27,749 nucleotides of DNA from Azolla caroliniana (taxonomy: Eukaryota > Plantae > Polypodiophyta), in contig JBHGNT010000408.1 in NCBI GenBank assembly GCA_043228905.1, forward strand, positions 1-27,749. Reading direction: 5' to 3'. Below, one piece after another: positions 10,781-20,609 of the stretch (position 1 is the stretch's first letter; the number at the start of each line of letters is the position of its first letter). Below the pieces are notes generated by a model. That model saw nothing but the letters and a program-made list of their open reading frames with translations. It was not told the DNA's origin and did no database searches. Both the position numbers and the translations under genes were made by a program.

Positions 10781-11209
10781 TTAGTATAGGTCTTCGAAGG
10801 AGCAACAGAAAGATTCAGTCGTAGAGGTAGGAGAAGAAGAAGAAGAAGAAGAAGAAGAAGAAGAAGCCTCCATAGCTTGCGAGATGAATGGAATCCTTGT
10901 CTTCATGGAGCAGAAGCAGAAGTAGAAGAGGAGGAAGAGGAAATCGTCAGGCATGGCGGTGGTGGTGGAGGCATGATGGGATCGGGATCAGAATCTGGAT
11001 CAGAATCAGAATCAGAATCCGAGGGAAGGGGAGGGAGAAGGAGAAGGAGAAGGAGACGCCATATCCATGGCTGCAGAGGAGGCAGCTGGTGCTATGTGAT
11101 CATCTTCTTGGTTTGAAAAGGAGTGATCTTCTTGGTTTGAATGAGTTGGCGATGGAGGCGGAGAGACGGAGGAGGCATGGCATGAATGGGTGAGGAGGGT
11201 CAACGCCAT
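10781..11209 (-). other. Cluster of three short upstream ORFs in low-complexity sequence (11209-11012, 10974-10903, 10906-10781)
   Basis: ATG-initiated ORFs of 65, 23 and 41 aa read directly from the minus strand. Contains (CTT)n at ~10832-10866. Confidence 0.4.
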
Positions 11210-11221
11210 CGCCGCTCACTG

Positions 11222-11615
11222 CAGAGACAGAGACAGACACAGACACAGACAGAGAGATGAAGAGAGAGACAGAGACAGAGACAGATGAAGAGAGATGATG
11301 AAGAGAGATGATGAAGAGAGAGAGAGAGACACACACACACACACAGAGACAGATGAAGAGAGACAGAGACACAGACAGAGACAGACAGAGAGATGAAGAG
11401 AGACAGACACACAGACGAAGAGAGAGAGAGAAACAGAGACACGGAGAGAGGGAGAGAGAGAGAGAGAGAGAATCAGAGACAGATTGAAGAGATAGAAAGA
11501 GAGACAGAGACAGAGACAGATTGAAGAGATAGAAAGAGAGAGAAGGGAAGAGAGAGAGAGAGAGATTGAAGAGATAGAAAGAGAGAGAAGGGAAGAGAGA
11601 GAGAGAGAGAGAAAA
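11222..11615. repeat. GA-rich compound satellite (GAGA/GACAGA/GATGAAGA) upstream of OBERON
   Basis: About 400 bp of purine-rich dinucleotide-derived repeats, with an internal AGATTGAAGAGATAGAAAGAGAG block repeated three times. Confidence 0.95.
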
Positions 11616-11642
11616 AGATATATTAACGTCTTTCTAAGGCCA

Positions 11643-11995
11643 AAAATTGGCCCATGAGACAATTGGTTTACAACAAAATAAAATAAATAGATTGTTTTTT
11701 TGGAAAAAAATAAATAGTTATAAATAGTTATAAAATTGGCCCATGAGACAATTGGTTTACAACAAAATAAATAAATAGATTGTTTTTTTGGAAAAAAATA
11801 AATATAAATAAATAGTTATAAAATTGGCCCATGAGACAATTGGTTTACAACAAAATAAATAAATAGATTGTTTTTTTGGAAAAAAATAAATATAAATAAA
11901 TAGTTATAAAATTGGCCCATGAGACAATTGGTTTACAACAAAATAAATAAATAGATTGTTTTTTGGAAAAAAATAAATATAAATAAATAGCTATA
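11643..11995. repeat. Minisatellite, 4 x ~88 bp
   Basis: AAAATTGGCCCATGAGACAATTGGTTTACAACAAAATAAA... starts at 11643, 11732, 11820 and 11908. Copies differ mainly in homopolymer lengths. Confidence 0.95.
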
Positions 11996-12122
11996 ACTAA
12001 TGGAAGGAATTTATTTTTTTTGGGAAAATAAATAAATAAATAGGTATTTACTCAATCATCAAAAAACAAAAATAAAAATAAAAATAAAGAGAGAGAAGTA
12101 GAGACAGATACGAGAGAGAAGT

Positions 12123-12198
12123 AGAGAGAGAGAGAGAGAGACCGGAAGGGGGTCAACGAGGCCCTAGCAGGTAAAAGTTAAGAGGGGCTTCACATGAG

Positions 12199-12229
<31 letters not shown>

Positions 12230-12288
12230 TGTATGTATGTATGTATGTATGTATGTATGTATATATGTATGTATGTATGTATGTATGT
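12123..12288. repeat. (GA)n - 60-bp unique module - (TATG)n, copy 1
   Basis: ACCGGAAGGGGGTCAACGAGGCCCTAGCAGGTAAAAGTTAAGAGGGGCTTCACATGAGA at 12141-12199, followed by about 22 TATG units. Confidence 0.9.
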
Positions 12289-12420
12289 TACTATGTATGG
12301 CCTTTCCAAGCCGTTCTATCTTTCGATCGAGGTTAGAGTATACGTTTTGCTCATCTCCAATTTAGGTCAACTAACGGGCACAAGTGTATGTTACTTTGTA
12401 TGCAAAGCCTAAATTTGATG
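12289..12420 (-). mobile_element. Possible extreme 3' end of an RTE-clade LINE with (CATA)n tail
   Basis: Minus strand GATAGAACGGCTTGGAAAGGCCATACAT reads DRTAWK/AIH (one frameshift), like the RTE C-terminal DRxxW(K/R)xxI motif, and runs into (CATA)n. Confidence 0.35.
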
Positions 12421-12500
12421 GGTTAGTATTAAAGTTTTTTGACGGGCATTTTTTAAAGATGTATGTCATATGACATCATGTATGTATGTATGTATGTATG

Positions 12501-13410
12501 TAAGAGGGGCCTAATATTCTGAACTTCGAAAGTAAGCGAGAGGTCAAAGGGTTTCGATGTGGATGTGGCCCATGGTCCCAATGGAAAAGATATTGTAAGT
12601 TGTAACCATATCTGCTAGCTCACGTTCCCTTTATATTCTTAATTGTTTCTACTCCATGTCGAGTTGCTTTGATGCCCGACATCCGATGGGTGTTTGCTTG
12701 TTCTTTGCGTTTCCGCTTCCTCGAGAAAGAGGCCGAGTGGTGTACGTGTGTCCACATTCATTGTCTCCCCTTGTTCTTGAAAATTTGTACAGTTACATGC
12801 TGGTGAATATTAAAATGATTATGGTTAACATTTTGTAGTTTTTCCTCCCTATGTTGTTTTGGCTCTAAGATATATACCTACCTAGTCTCTTTTATATCCG
12901 GGGTATTTAATAGTTTGGAGATAGTGGGAGAGGGTTCTAGTATGTCTTGGTATTTCGCCCTTATCTCGACATAAGTTGGACACTTGCATGTAAAGTGATA
13001 CTCATCCTCTATCTCTCGGAGACATAACCTACATAGCCTTTCCTCTCTAGGGACTCCATTAGTACGACCATTTTCAATCTCAAGTTGGTGAGATGATATC
13101 CTAAGTTGTCCAATGGCCACCCTTAGTGCATTTGTCAAGAATGTATCTAGATATTTTGGTCGTGTAATAAAACCTAGCTCAGAGAATTGCGTGAAGTGTT
13201 CCTTATAGTACAACATTTTAGATGGGAGTGGCTCTCATGGGGTGATCCATTTGTATTGTGTATAAAAAAAATTATATTTCCTGGCGTATTACTTTATTAT
13301 GGTCGTCGGTCCTTGTGAGATATTAAAGTTTGCCCAATCCCATGGTTGTAACTTGTACTTAAGGGGAGGTAGGTTATTAATGTTTATGCCATTGGCAAGT
13401 AACTAATGCA
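12501..13410 (-). mobile_element. 5'-truncated LINE (same group), ORF2 C-terminal zinc finger plus 3'UTR
   Basis: ORF 12878-13216 reads IGQLRISSHQLEIENGR..REERLCRLC..IEDEYHFTCKCPTY. Upstream GININNLPP matches GININALT in the copy at ~21920. 3'UTR TTTCGAAGTTCAGAATATTA is shared with ~22863-22882. Confidence 0.85.
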
Positions 13411-13740
13411 CTACAATGTTATACCAAGAGTTACTATCTCCAGACTTAGATAGAAAAAGAGAGACATAGAGAGGAGATAGAGAGAGAAGTAGACAGCATA
13501 GTATGAAGCATACGCACCATTCGTGCATTCGCATTCTCGAAAATTCTTATCATTCGAGTATGAAAACACCCTCGAAGTATGGTAAATACCATACTTTTGC
13601 ACTCATTATTTATTATAAGGTAAGATAGTTAAGGTAAAAAGTGTAAAAAAAACACAAGAATGTTTCAACAACATACGTACGAAAACGAATGTGTATATTA
13701 CGTACTATGGTAGAGAGAGAGAAGGGGAGAGACTGAGACT

Positions 13741-13828
13741 GAGAGAGAGAGACCGGAAGGGGGTCAACGAGGCCCTAGCAGGTAAAGTTAAGAGGGGCGT
13801 CACATGAGATATGTATGTATGTATGTAT
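13741..13828. repeat. (GA)n - 60-bp unique module - (TATG)n, copy 2
   Basis: Direct repeat of 12141-12199 with one substitution and one 1-nt indel. Confidence 0.9.
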
Positions 13829-15099
13829 CAATATGTATCAATATGTAAAAGTGAAGAAGCCCATTAAGAATAAACTGTGAAGAAAGTGAGCCCCTTCATG
13901 TTTATGTACATACTTTCCTTTTAAGGTACTTTTTTTTACCCTAAAGGCTCTTTCGTGCCAACCTAGACATACTTCTCTTTCCCATTAGTTTTATAATCCT
14001 TATTAGGTACTTACTTACTACTTCCTATCTTGGATGCCTATATGCTTAATCAAACCTTTGTACCGACATCATTCGAAAGACACGAGGAGTGGGAACATAA
14101 TTGCTAGGCACCGAGACAAAAAGGATACAACTTCCAAAACTACTTGAAAACGTTGGTACATATCGTGGAAAGCCACGCCATTTAGAGAAGGATTGATAAG
14201 AAAAAAAACAAGGAGTGCTACCATCGGTTGGGAGAGCAAGAAATTATGGTCCATGAACAATCCCGATGACGAATCGTTTATGATGGGCCATAAAGCATAG
14301 CTAGCTCCATGAGAACAAGTACAGGTGTGGACAGGTGCATGGTTAGTGGTTTATTGATGGATGATAGGCAAGAATCCATTGATAATAATGATAGGCAAAA
14401 CACATGGTTATCCCAACATTCTAAACATGGGTTTGATGACACCACTTGCCCAATCCGCCACGTTGGAGGTGTGTCGTTTAACAAGGACAACGATGACATG
14501 AAATGCACCAAGAATGTCCTACATGTTCATAAAATCACCAAAAATATAATGATTTAAACATATGCTTGAGCAAGGGAGTAAACTATGCTTCAACAATTAC
14601 GATTCTTTCATAGAATACCTCAAGGACAAAGGCGAATTTTTGACCTATGAAAAAGGAGAAGGTTAAATCCTCATCTTTGATAACAACAATGTAAAGTCCA
14701 CATTGGATGCAAAGAAGCGAAAGGTCACATCGAGCATCAAAATATGGGGCGAGTGGATCAACCTAAAAAAGTTGTAGACTATGTAGTCAAGAGAAGACAT
14801 CAACAAACCCAAGTTATATGTAAATGTAACAAATCCTTGTAACGTTGACGTTATCCCCAATGCTCAAAAATCCCTACCTAGCAACCATGGAAATAGATAT
14901 TGGCTTCTATTTACAATGATAGTATGTATCTCGAGACTTGGGATCATAGCATTAGAGGTGAGATTTCTAGCAAATACTTAACATTCCCTCAACCTAATGG
15001 GTTGAGTAATTATGGAGGTGCTACAAGGGGTGTGCAGGAAGATGAGTGCTTCTCGAGGTTGAGGATGAAGTGAGAAATAGTGGGTGGTGGAGGGGTGCG

Positions 15100-16400
15100 A
15101 GGTCAAAGTGAGGTGGAGTAGATGTATGAAGTGAAGTAAGATGTAGGATGTGACCTTTGGAGAGTTTGACAAACATTGTTGTGAAATGCGTGCACATGAA
15201 CTTGGCCCCTACTTGTGGGTGGTGATGGAAGAGTGAAAAGATTCTTCGAAAGGGTTATTTTTGCCGAGTCAAGTTTTGAACTCGTGACTTCTCGATAGAT
15301 TAAATCATTTCTACCCATAGACCACAATATATTCTCAACATTAAACTTCGATTTATGCAGTCCTCCACATAAACATATACTCAATTGGAAACAAACACTA
15401 ATTAGACGTGTAGTTTAACAAATCAACAATCGACAAAGCTTCATGTTCTCCTTGGTAAGTGATGCCATCTCTTGCAACAACAAAACCTACCCAATTATAT
15501 TTCTATAGACCACAATATATTCTCAACATTAAACTTCGATTTATGTAGTCCCTCCACGTAAACATATACTCAATTGGAAACAAACACTAATTAGACGTGT
15601 AGTTTAACAAATCAACAATCGGCAAAGCTTCATGTTCTCCTTGGTAAGTGATGCCATCTCTTGCAAGAACAAAACCTACCCAATTATATTTCTATCTAAC
15701 TACAAGGCGGAACCTAGGAGCACAATGATTGACTCTTGTTACGTTGTGTTGCTGAAGAGAATTCTCAAAGACTTTAGCATCTCTTCTGACAATATTGGTA
15801 TGAATTTAGAGAAGTTGATTGACACTCGGATCTCGGAGAAGTTGGTGAAAGACTTGGAGTTATTGCAAATCACTACAAATAGGCTAGAAGGAGATAAAAT
15901 CTAGTGCACATAACTCATTTTTTATCAACAAAAGACACCGATGGGCCAAGATTGAGAAGACGTAGTCAAAGCGGCAATCGACTTCGATAGAAGGGTTATG
16001 AAAGATTTGGAGGAGTTGTGAATCGACAACTTTAAGGTTAGATGAAGAACAAATGTGGTCCACACACTAGTCGAGGCTAGACAACAACAGATTGTCTACA
16101 CCCCCGGTTTTTTTCACAATCGATGGATGTATGTCACATTAACATGGATCTCTCTGATTGACTACCCATCATTCCAGTCGGGATTAGTGTCAAAGAAGTT
16201 TTTCGAAAAGTAGCTGGACCGTGCTCTTTGAAAGACTTGCATACAAGAAGATGTATTCACATTTCATGACCGAATGGTTTTATTGTGTGAGCATTATTAA
16301 CATGGGATTCTATATGTAAGCAAGCGCATTTAGTTAAAGCCATGAGTTACTAACAAGAGGATCATTTGACAACATGTTTGTTTTATGATAGACGATTTGT
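15100..16400 (-). mobile_element. Highly degraded L1-like LINE ORF2 C-terminal region
   Basis: Minus-strand remnants in the expected order: KKTGGV (KxxGGLG-like, ~16100), LCRL..TTR..CF (zf-RVT-like, ~15620), ILWSMGRNDLIY (LWxxWxxRNxxIF-like, ~15310). Many stops; boundaries approximate. Confidence 0.4.
15317..15695. repeat. Tandem duplication, 2 x ~188 bp
   Basis: ATAGACCACAATATATTCTCAAC...CCAATTATATTTCT starts at 15317 and 15505. About 4 substitutions and one indel. Confidence 0.95.
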
Positions 16401-16507
16401 TTGAGAAATCAAGAGAGGTTGAGGTTTCCGATTGGGCACTCTGGCCACCGGACATCATGGAATGTCCGCCTCCTCCACATTGATCTCTCTTTGCCTCCCC
16501 TCCCCCA

Positions 16508-16510
16508 AAA

Positions 16511-16541
<31 letters not shown>

Positions 16542-16543
16542 AT
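16508..16543. repeat. (AAAT)9 microsatellite
   Basis: Direct reading; just upstream of the PPR ORF. Confidence 0.95.
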
Positions 16544-16671
16544 CAAAAAGCAAAATTTGCTTTTGAGCTTTTGAGAATTTGAAAAACCTCAGAAGACTCA
16601 ACAAAGTCATCTCTGTGTATGTACATATTAGTAACTGCTCTTTGAAGAAGAAGAAGAAGAAGAAGAAGAAG

Positions 16672-19431
16672 ATGATGATGATGATGATGATGCAGAGCAG
16701 AGATCAGTTTCTTGAAGCTCTTCAGATAGCAAAGCAAACCGTACCTACAGACAAAAGAGAGAGGATAGACATTCTATACCATCTCTTGCAATGGTGCATC
16801 TTTGCTAAAGACCCACAATCAGGAGAAGATGTTCACTCTCTCATAAGAAGGTATGGCCTTGTATCCGATTCTTTTCTTGGTAGTCATTCTATCAGAATGT
16901 TTGCTTTATTAGGAAACCTCGAAGAAGCCAAATTTGCATTTAGGAGACTATACAGGCCGAGTATCCATGCTTGGAGTGCTATCATCTCTGCTCACACTAT
17001 GCTCGGCTACAGCTGTGAAGCTTTACATATTTATAATGACATGAAAAATGTGAAGCGAATAAGACCCGATGGACACATATTTGTTGCAAGCTTAAAAGCA
17101 TGTGCAAATATATGTGATCTGTACCATGGTATGTGCATACACGGTGATATAGTTGAATATGGGATGAAATCTAATGCCTATGTTCAAAGTGGTCTTATTG
17201 ATATGTATATCAAATGTGGATGCTTGATGGATGCACATTTAGTATTTGATAGGATCATGATGCCAAATGTGTTCATATGGAGCATTATGATAAATGGATT
17301 TGCTCAACATGAACAATTCAAACATGTGATTGACCTCTTTGTTGACATGCAAGTTAAGAGAGTAAGCCTAAACCCAATCACATATGTTTGTGTTCTGAAA
17401 GCATGTTCCTCGAATAGATCTTTATCAAATGGTATGTTTGTTCATCATCTCCTTATCATAGAAAGTTTTCAATCAAACGCATTTGTAGGAAGTTGCCTTG
17501 TTGATATGTATGCTAAATGTGGACTACTTCATGATGCACATAAGGTTTTTGAGGATTTGTATAAGCAAGATGTGACTGAATGGAATGCAATGATTGCAGG
17601 AGATACTCACCATTCCCAAATAGATAAAGCATTGCAATTTTATACTCAAATGCAACAAGAAGGTGTGGAGCCGAATCAAATCACGCTTTCTTGTATTCTC
17701 AAAGCATGTGCTGATGCCAGATCTCTGCATCAAGGTAAGTGCCTTCACACACTAGTGATGGCTAAAGGACTTGAAACAGATTCATTTGTGAACAATATAC
17801 TCATTAATCTTTATTCTAGGTGTGGAAATCTCGAGTATGTTGGGAAAGTTTTTAAGAAATCGCACACGAAGAATGTCGTGACATGGACTGCTATGATTGC
17901 TTGCTATGCTGAACATGAACAACAATGCATGGCTTTCCATTGCTTTGAGAAAATGAAACAAGAAGGTATAATGCCAAACAACGCCTCATTTGCGTCTGTT
18001 CTAAAAGCATGTTCAGACATTGCAAACTTAAGTTTAATACATGCTTACATAATTGAACATGGATGTGATTCTGATGCAACCGTCGCGAGGAATCTGATCG
18101 ATATGTACATATTCACGAAACGTTTTGATGATGCACATAAAGTGTTCAATGACCTAAAAGAACAAGATATAAGTATTTGGAATTCACTAATTTGTGGATA
18201 TGCCAAACATGGCCGATTGGAAAACTCTGTGCAACTTTTCAACAAGATGCAAGAAGAGAGATTTAGGCCTGATAACATGACATGGAATGTAATAATATCT
18301 GGATATACTCGACATGGTCGTAGTTCTGAAGCTCTCCACCTATTTCAGCAAATGCTTTGGAAAGACATAGAGCCAGACACAATAACATTTGGTTGGGTCT
18401 TAACAGTTTGCTCAATGATTATATCAATACAGATGGGAAATATACTTTATGGAATGATAGTCGAAAGCTTTTTGGAGAATGACCTACATGTTAGAGAAGC
18501 ACTTCTTATCATGTATATGACCTGTTGCAATATTGAAGACGCACAGAAAATCTTCAATGGGCTAGAGTTTCGATCGACGAGAATCTGGAATGCAATGATG
18601 ACTGGACATGAACTGATTGGGCATGATAATGATATATTCAAATGTGTTTATGAAACAATACAAGATGTAGATGTTGAAGCTAAAGAACTTGGTTTATGGA
18701 TTAAGAGTCCGGAGTTTAATGACCATCCTTGCAATATTGATGTAGTTGAACTATATTGTAAGATGATGCAAGAGGACGTGGAGCCAGACAAATTCACATT
18801 CATCTGTGTTCTTGGAGAATGCTCCAAAATTTTAGCACTAAACCAAGGCAAGATAATATATGCTGATATTTTGGAATGTTGTCTGGATCAGGATACCTTA
18901 ATTTGTAACTTGGTTATTGAATTTTTCATAAGATGTGGTAGTTTGAAGGATTCATATAGTGTATTTGAGAAGTTGCAAAAGAGAAGTGTAGTTACTTATA
19001 ATACTATGATTGCAGCATGTGCACAATCTGGTGATCTAGAACTCGCTAGGGATTATTTTCATGCAATGAAACAAGATGGGGTGATCGCAGACAGTGTGAC
19101 ATTTCTATGTCTTTTATCAACATTTAGTCATTTTGGTAAGAGGAAAGAAGCCCTTTACTATTTCAATTCAATGATGGATGACTATGGGATTTTTCCAGCA
19201 TTTGTTCACTACACCTGCATTGCAGATCTTTTAGGTCGTATAGGTCTTTTAAAAGAGAGCGAGGACTTACTTCAAACTATGCCATTCCTATCCACTATTG
19301 TTGGATGGACATCTCTATTGAGTCATTGTAGAATACATGGATGTTTAGATATAGCTACACAATGCATGAGTTCGTCTTCTAAGAAGGAATGCAGATATGC
19401 TGAATATGGAGTTACATCTGGAAGTGACTAA
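16672..19431 (+). CDS. PLS-class pentatricopeptide repeat protein, about 25 PPR motifs plus truncated E1, no E2/DYW (919 aa from first ATG)
   Basis: Repeating P-L-S triplets (WSAIISAH / FVASLKAC / LIDMYIKCG), ending P2-L2-S2-E1 (VTFLCLLS.FSH.G, HYTCIADLLGR.G, MPF..GWTSLLSHCRIHG). The track's start at 16579 is a TTG; the first ATG is 16672. Confidence 0.93.
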   Translation: MMMMMMMQSRDQFLEALQIAKQTVPTDKRERIDILYHLLQWCIFAKDPQSGEDVHSLIRRYGLVSDSFLGSHSIRMFALLGNLEEAKFAFRRLYRPSIHAWSAIISAHTMLGYSCEALHIYNDMKNVKRIRPDGHIFVASLKACANICDLYHGMCIHGDIVEYGMKSNAYVQSGLIDMYIKCGCLMDAHLVFDRIMMPNVFIWSIMINGFAQHEQFKHVIDLFVDMQVKRVSLNPITYVCVLKACSSNRSLSNGMFVHHLLIIESFQSNAFVGSCLVDMYAKCGLLHDAHKVFEDLYKQDVTEWNAMIAGDTHHSQIDKALQFYTQMQQEGVEPNQITLSCILKACADARSLHQGKCLHTLVMAKGLETDSFVNNILINLYSRCGNLEYVGKVFKKSHTKNVVTWTAMIACYAEHEQQCMAFHCFEKMKQEGIMPNNASFASVLKACSDIANLSLIHAYIIEHGCDSDATVARNLIDMYIFTKRFDDAHKVFNDLKEQDISIWNSLICGYAKHGRLENSVQLFNKMQEERFRPDNMTWNVIISGYTRHGRSSEALHLFQQMLWKDIEPDTITFGWVLTVCSMIISIQMGNILYGMIVESFLENDLHVREALLIMYMTCCNIEDAQKIFNGLEFRSTRIWNAMMTGHELIGHDNDIFKCVYETIQDVDVEAKELGLWIKSPEFNDHPCNIDVVELYCKMMQEDVEPDKFTFICVLGECSKILALNQGKIIYADILECCLDQDTLICNLVIEFFIRCGSLKDSYSVFEKLQKRSVVTYNTMIAACAQSGDLELARDYFHAMKQDGVIADSVTFLCLLSTFSHFGKRKEALYYFNSMMDDYGIFPAFVHYTCIADLLGRIGLLKESEDLLQTMPFLSTIVGWTSLLSHCRIHGCLDIATQCMSSSSKKECRYAEYGVTSGSD

Positions 19432-19521
19432 AATGCAATGGATCTTTTCAACTACACGGTAGTTTCTGATACTGGCCAAAGTCCTGCATCATAGTCTCCA
19501 TAAATAGAACAAGATTGACAG

Positions 19522-19780
19522 GTAATTATGATGCATGAGGTATATTAATCACAAGATATTCCATTTTATTGATGGTGTGCATGTGGTTGTTTCCTATTGC
19601 TTCTAGCATAAGAACAAGTTTCTTTGAGAAGCATTTGATGAATGACATGCCAATGCCAGACCATGTCTGAGGTGATTTGTGTAATATGCAACTTGAGGTA
19701 TTCCTCTTTCCTCTTTGTGCATGTGTGTAGATACTTTGAGCTTCCCATTTGTCTTGACATTTTGTATGTTTCTATTGCAG
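19522..19780 (+). other. Candidate 3'UTR intron of the PPR gene, followed by candidate exon 19781-19955
   Basis: CAG|GTAATT at 19521/19522; branch-like CTTGAC at ~19753 and TTTCTATTGCAG|GT at 19780/19781; next donor AAG|GTAAGG at 19955/19956. Confidence 0.5.
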
Positions 19781-20149
19781 GTTTGCATTTCTCTGCTGTT
19801 GTCCACTTAGATAGACGAGAACATGAGTCTTGCACACTGTTGAACGTGCTCAGCAACCATCGATGGAAAAAAATCCTATATTTGATGATGAGTCAAGATC
19901 ATGAATGTTGGGATAGTAACTCTTAGTTTTTGGATGATGAGCTGAAACCATGAAGGTAAGGATATCAGTGCATGCAACATTATAAGAACATGTAGTTCTA
20001 CGGAATAAAGATAATAAGGATTGATTGTTAATAACACAGTAGAGTGAACTCAGATACTTGGAATTTTAATTGCACTATTGAAGAAAATACAATTGATAAT
20101 TGATATTGCTGTACACCACTCACGTGCTGTCTAAGAATAACTTATGTGG

Positions 20150-20600
20150 TGATCAGGGTTGATTGGAAGCTGAACCATCCACTAATTCAGAAAGTCCACC
20201 TATTGCTATTAGGAACGCGACAAGAGAAATGTACTAAAAAGCCATTATATTCTCTTTGTAAAGATGTTTCATTCAGAAATTTTTCTCCAGCCCATATATG
20301 CTTTCTTACAAGATTAAATAGTATTACCATTCCCTAAAATGCTTTCGTACAAGGCTAAATAGTATTAGCACTCACCAAATTTTGCCTGAGGCCTTATCTA
20401 ATGATAATTGGAAACAAACTATGAATGTTGAGATACAGGCTTTTGGTGAAGAACAAGAGATGGGAACTTGCAAGCTTACCAAAGGAAAAGAAAGCAGTTG
20501 GTTGCAAATGGGTGTTAACTGTAAAATATAAAGAAGATGGATTGTGTGAGAGATATAAGGCAAGACTAGTGGCAAAGGGGTATGTACAAACGTACGGCTC
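20150..20600 (+). mobile_element. Ty1/Copia pol fragment (post-integrase linker and RT N-terminus)
   Basis: PIAIR..TR.CTKKPLY..VSF..FSPAH..F, EALSNDNWKQTMNVE, WELASLPKEKKAVGCKWVLTVKYKEDG..ERYKARLVAKGY.QTYG. Confidence 0.92.
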
Positions 20601-20609
20601 GACAGGTTA

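Noticed and set aside
11100-11662. Minus-strand ORFs of 80-148 aa (SLSLS/VCVC-rich)
   Set aside because: Translations of the GA/CT satellite; stop-poor by composition.
11643-11995. CRISPR-like look of the 88-bp array and the 17-bp array at 2470-2635
   Set aside because: Intervening sequences are themselves repeated rather than unique spacers; no cas genes; eukaryotic context.
12194-12412. ORF with MYVC repeats
   Set aside because: Translation of the (TATG)n microsatellite.
13409-13416. CACTACAA resembling a CACTA terminus
   Set aside because: No matching terminus with a 3-bp TSD or subterminal repeats was found.
14060-14900. Coding-like purine-rich stretch with short ORFs
   Set aside because: Probably TE debris, but no diagnostic motif could be identified.
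17524-18851. Minus-strand ORFs inside the PPR gene
   Set aside because: Short antisense shadows with no recognisable motifs.
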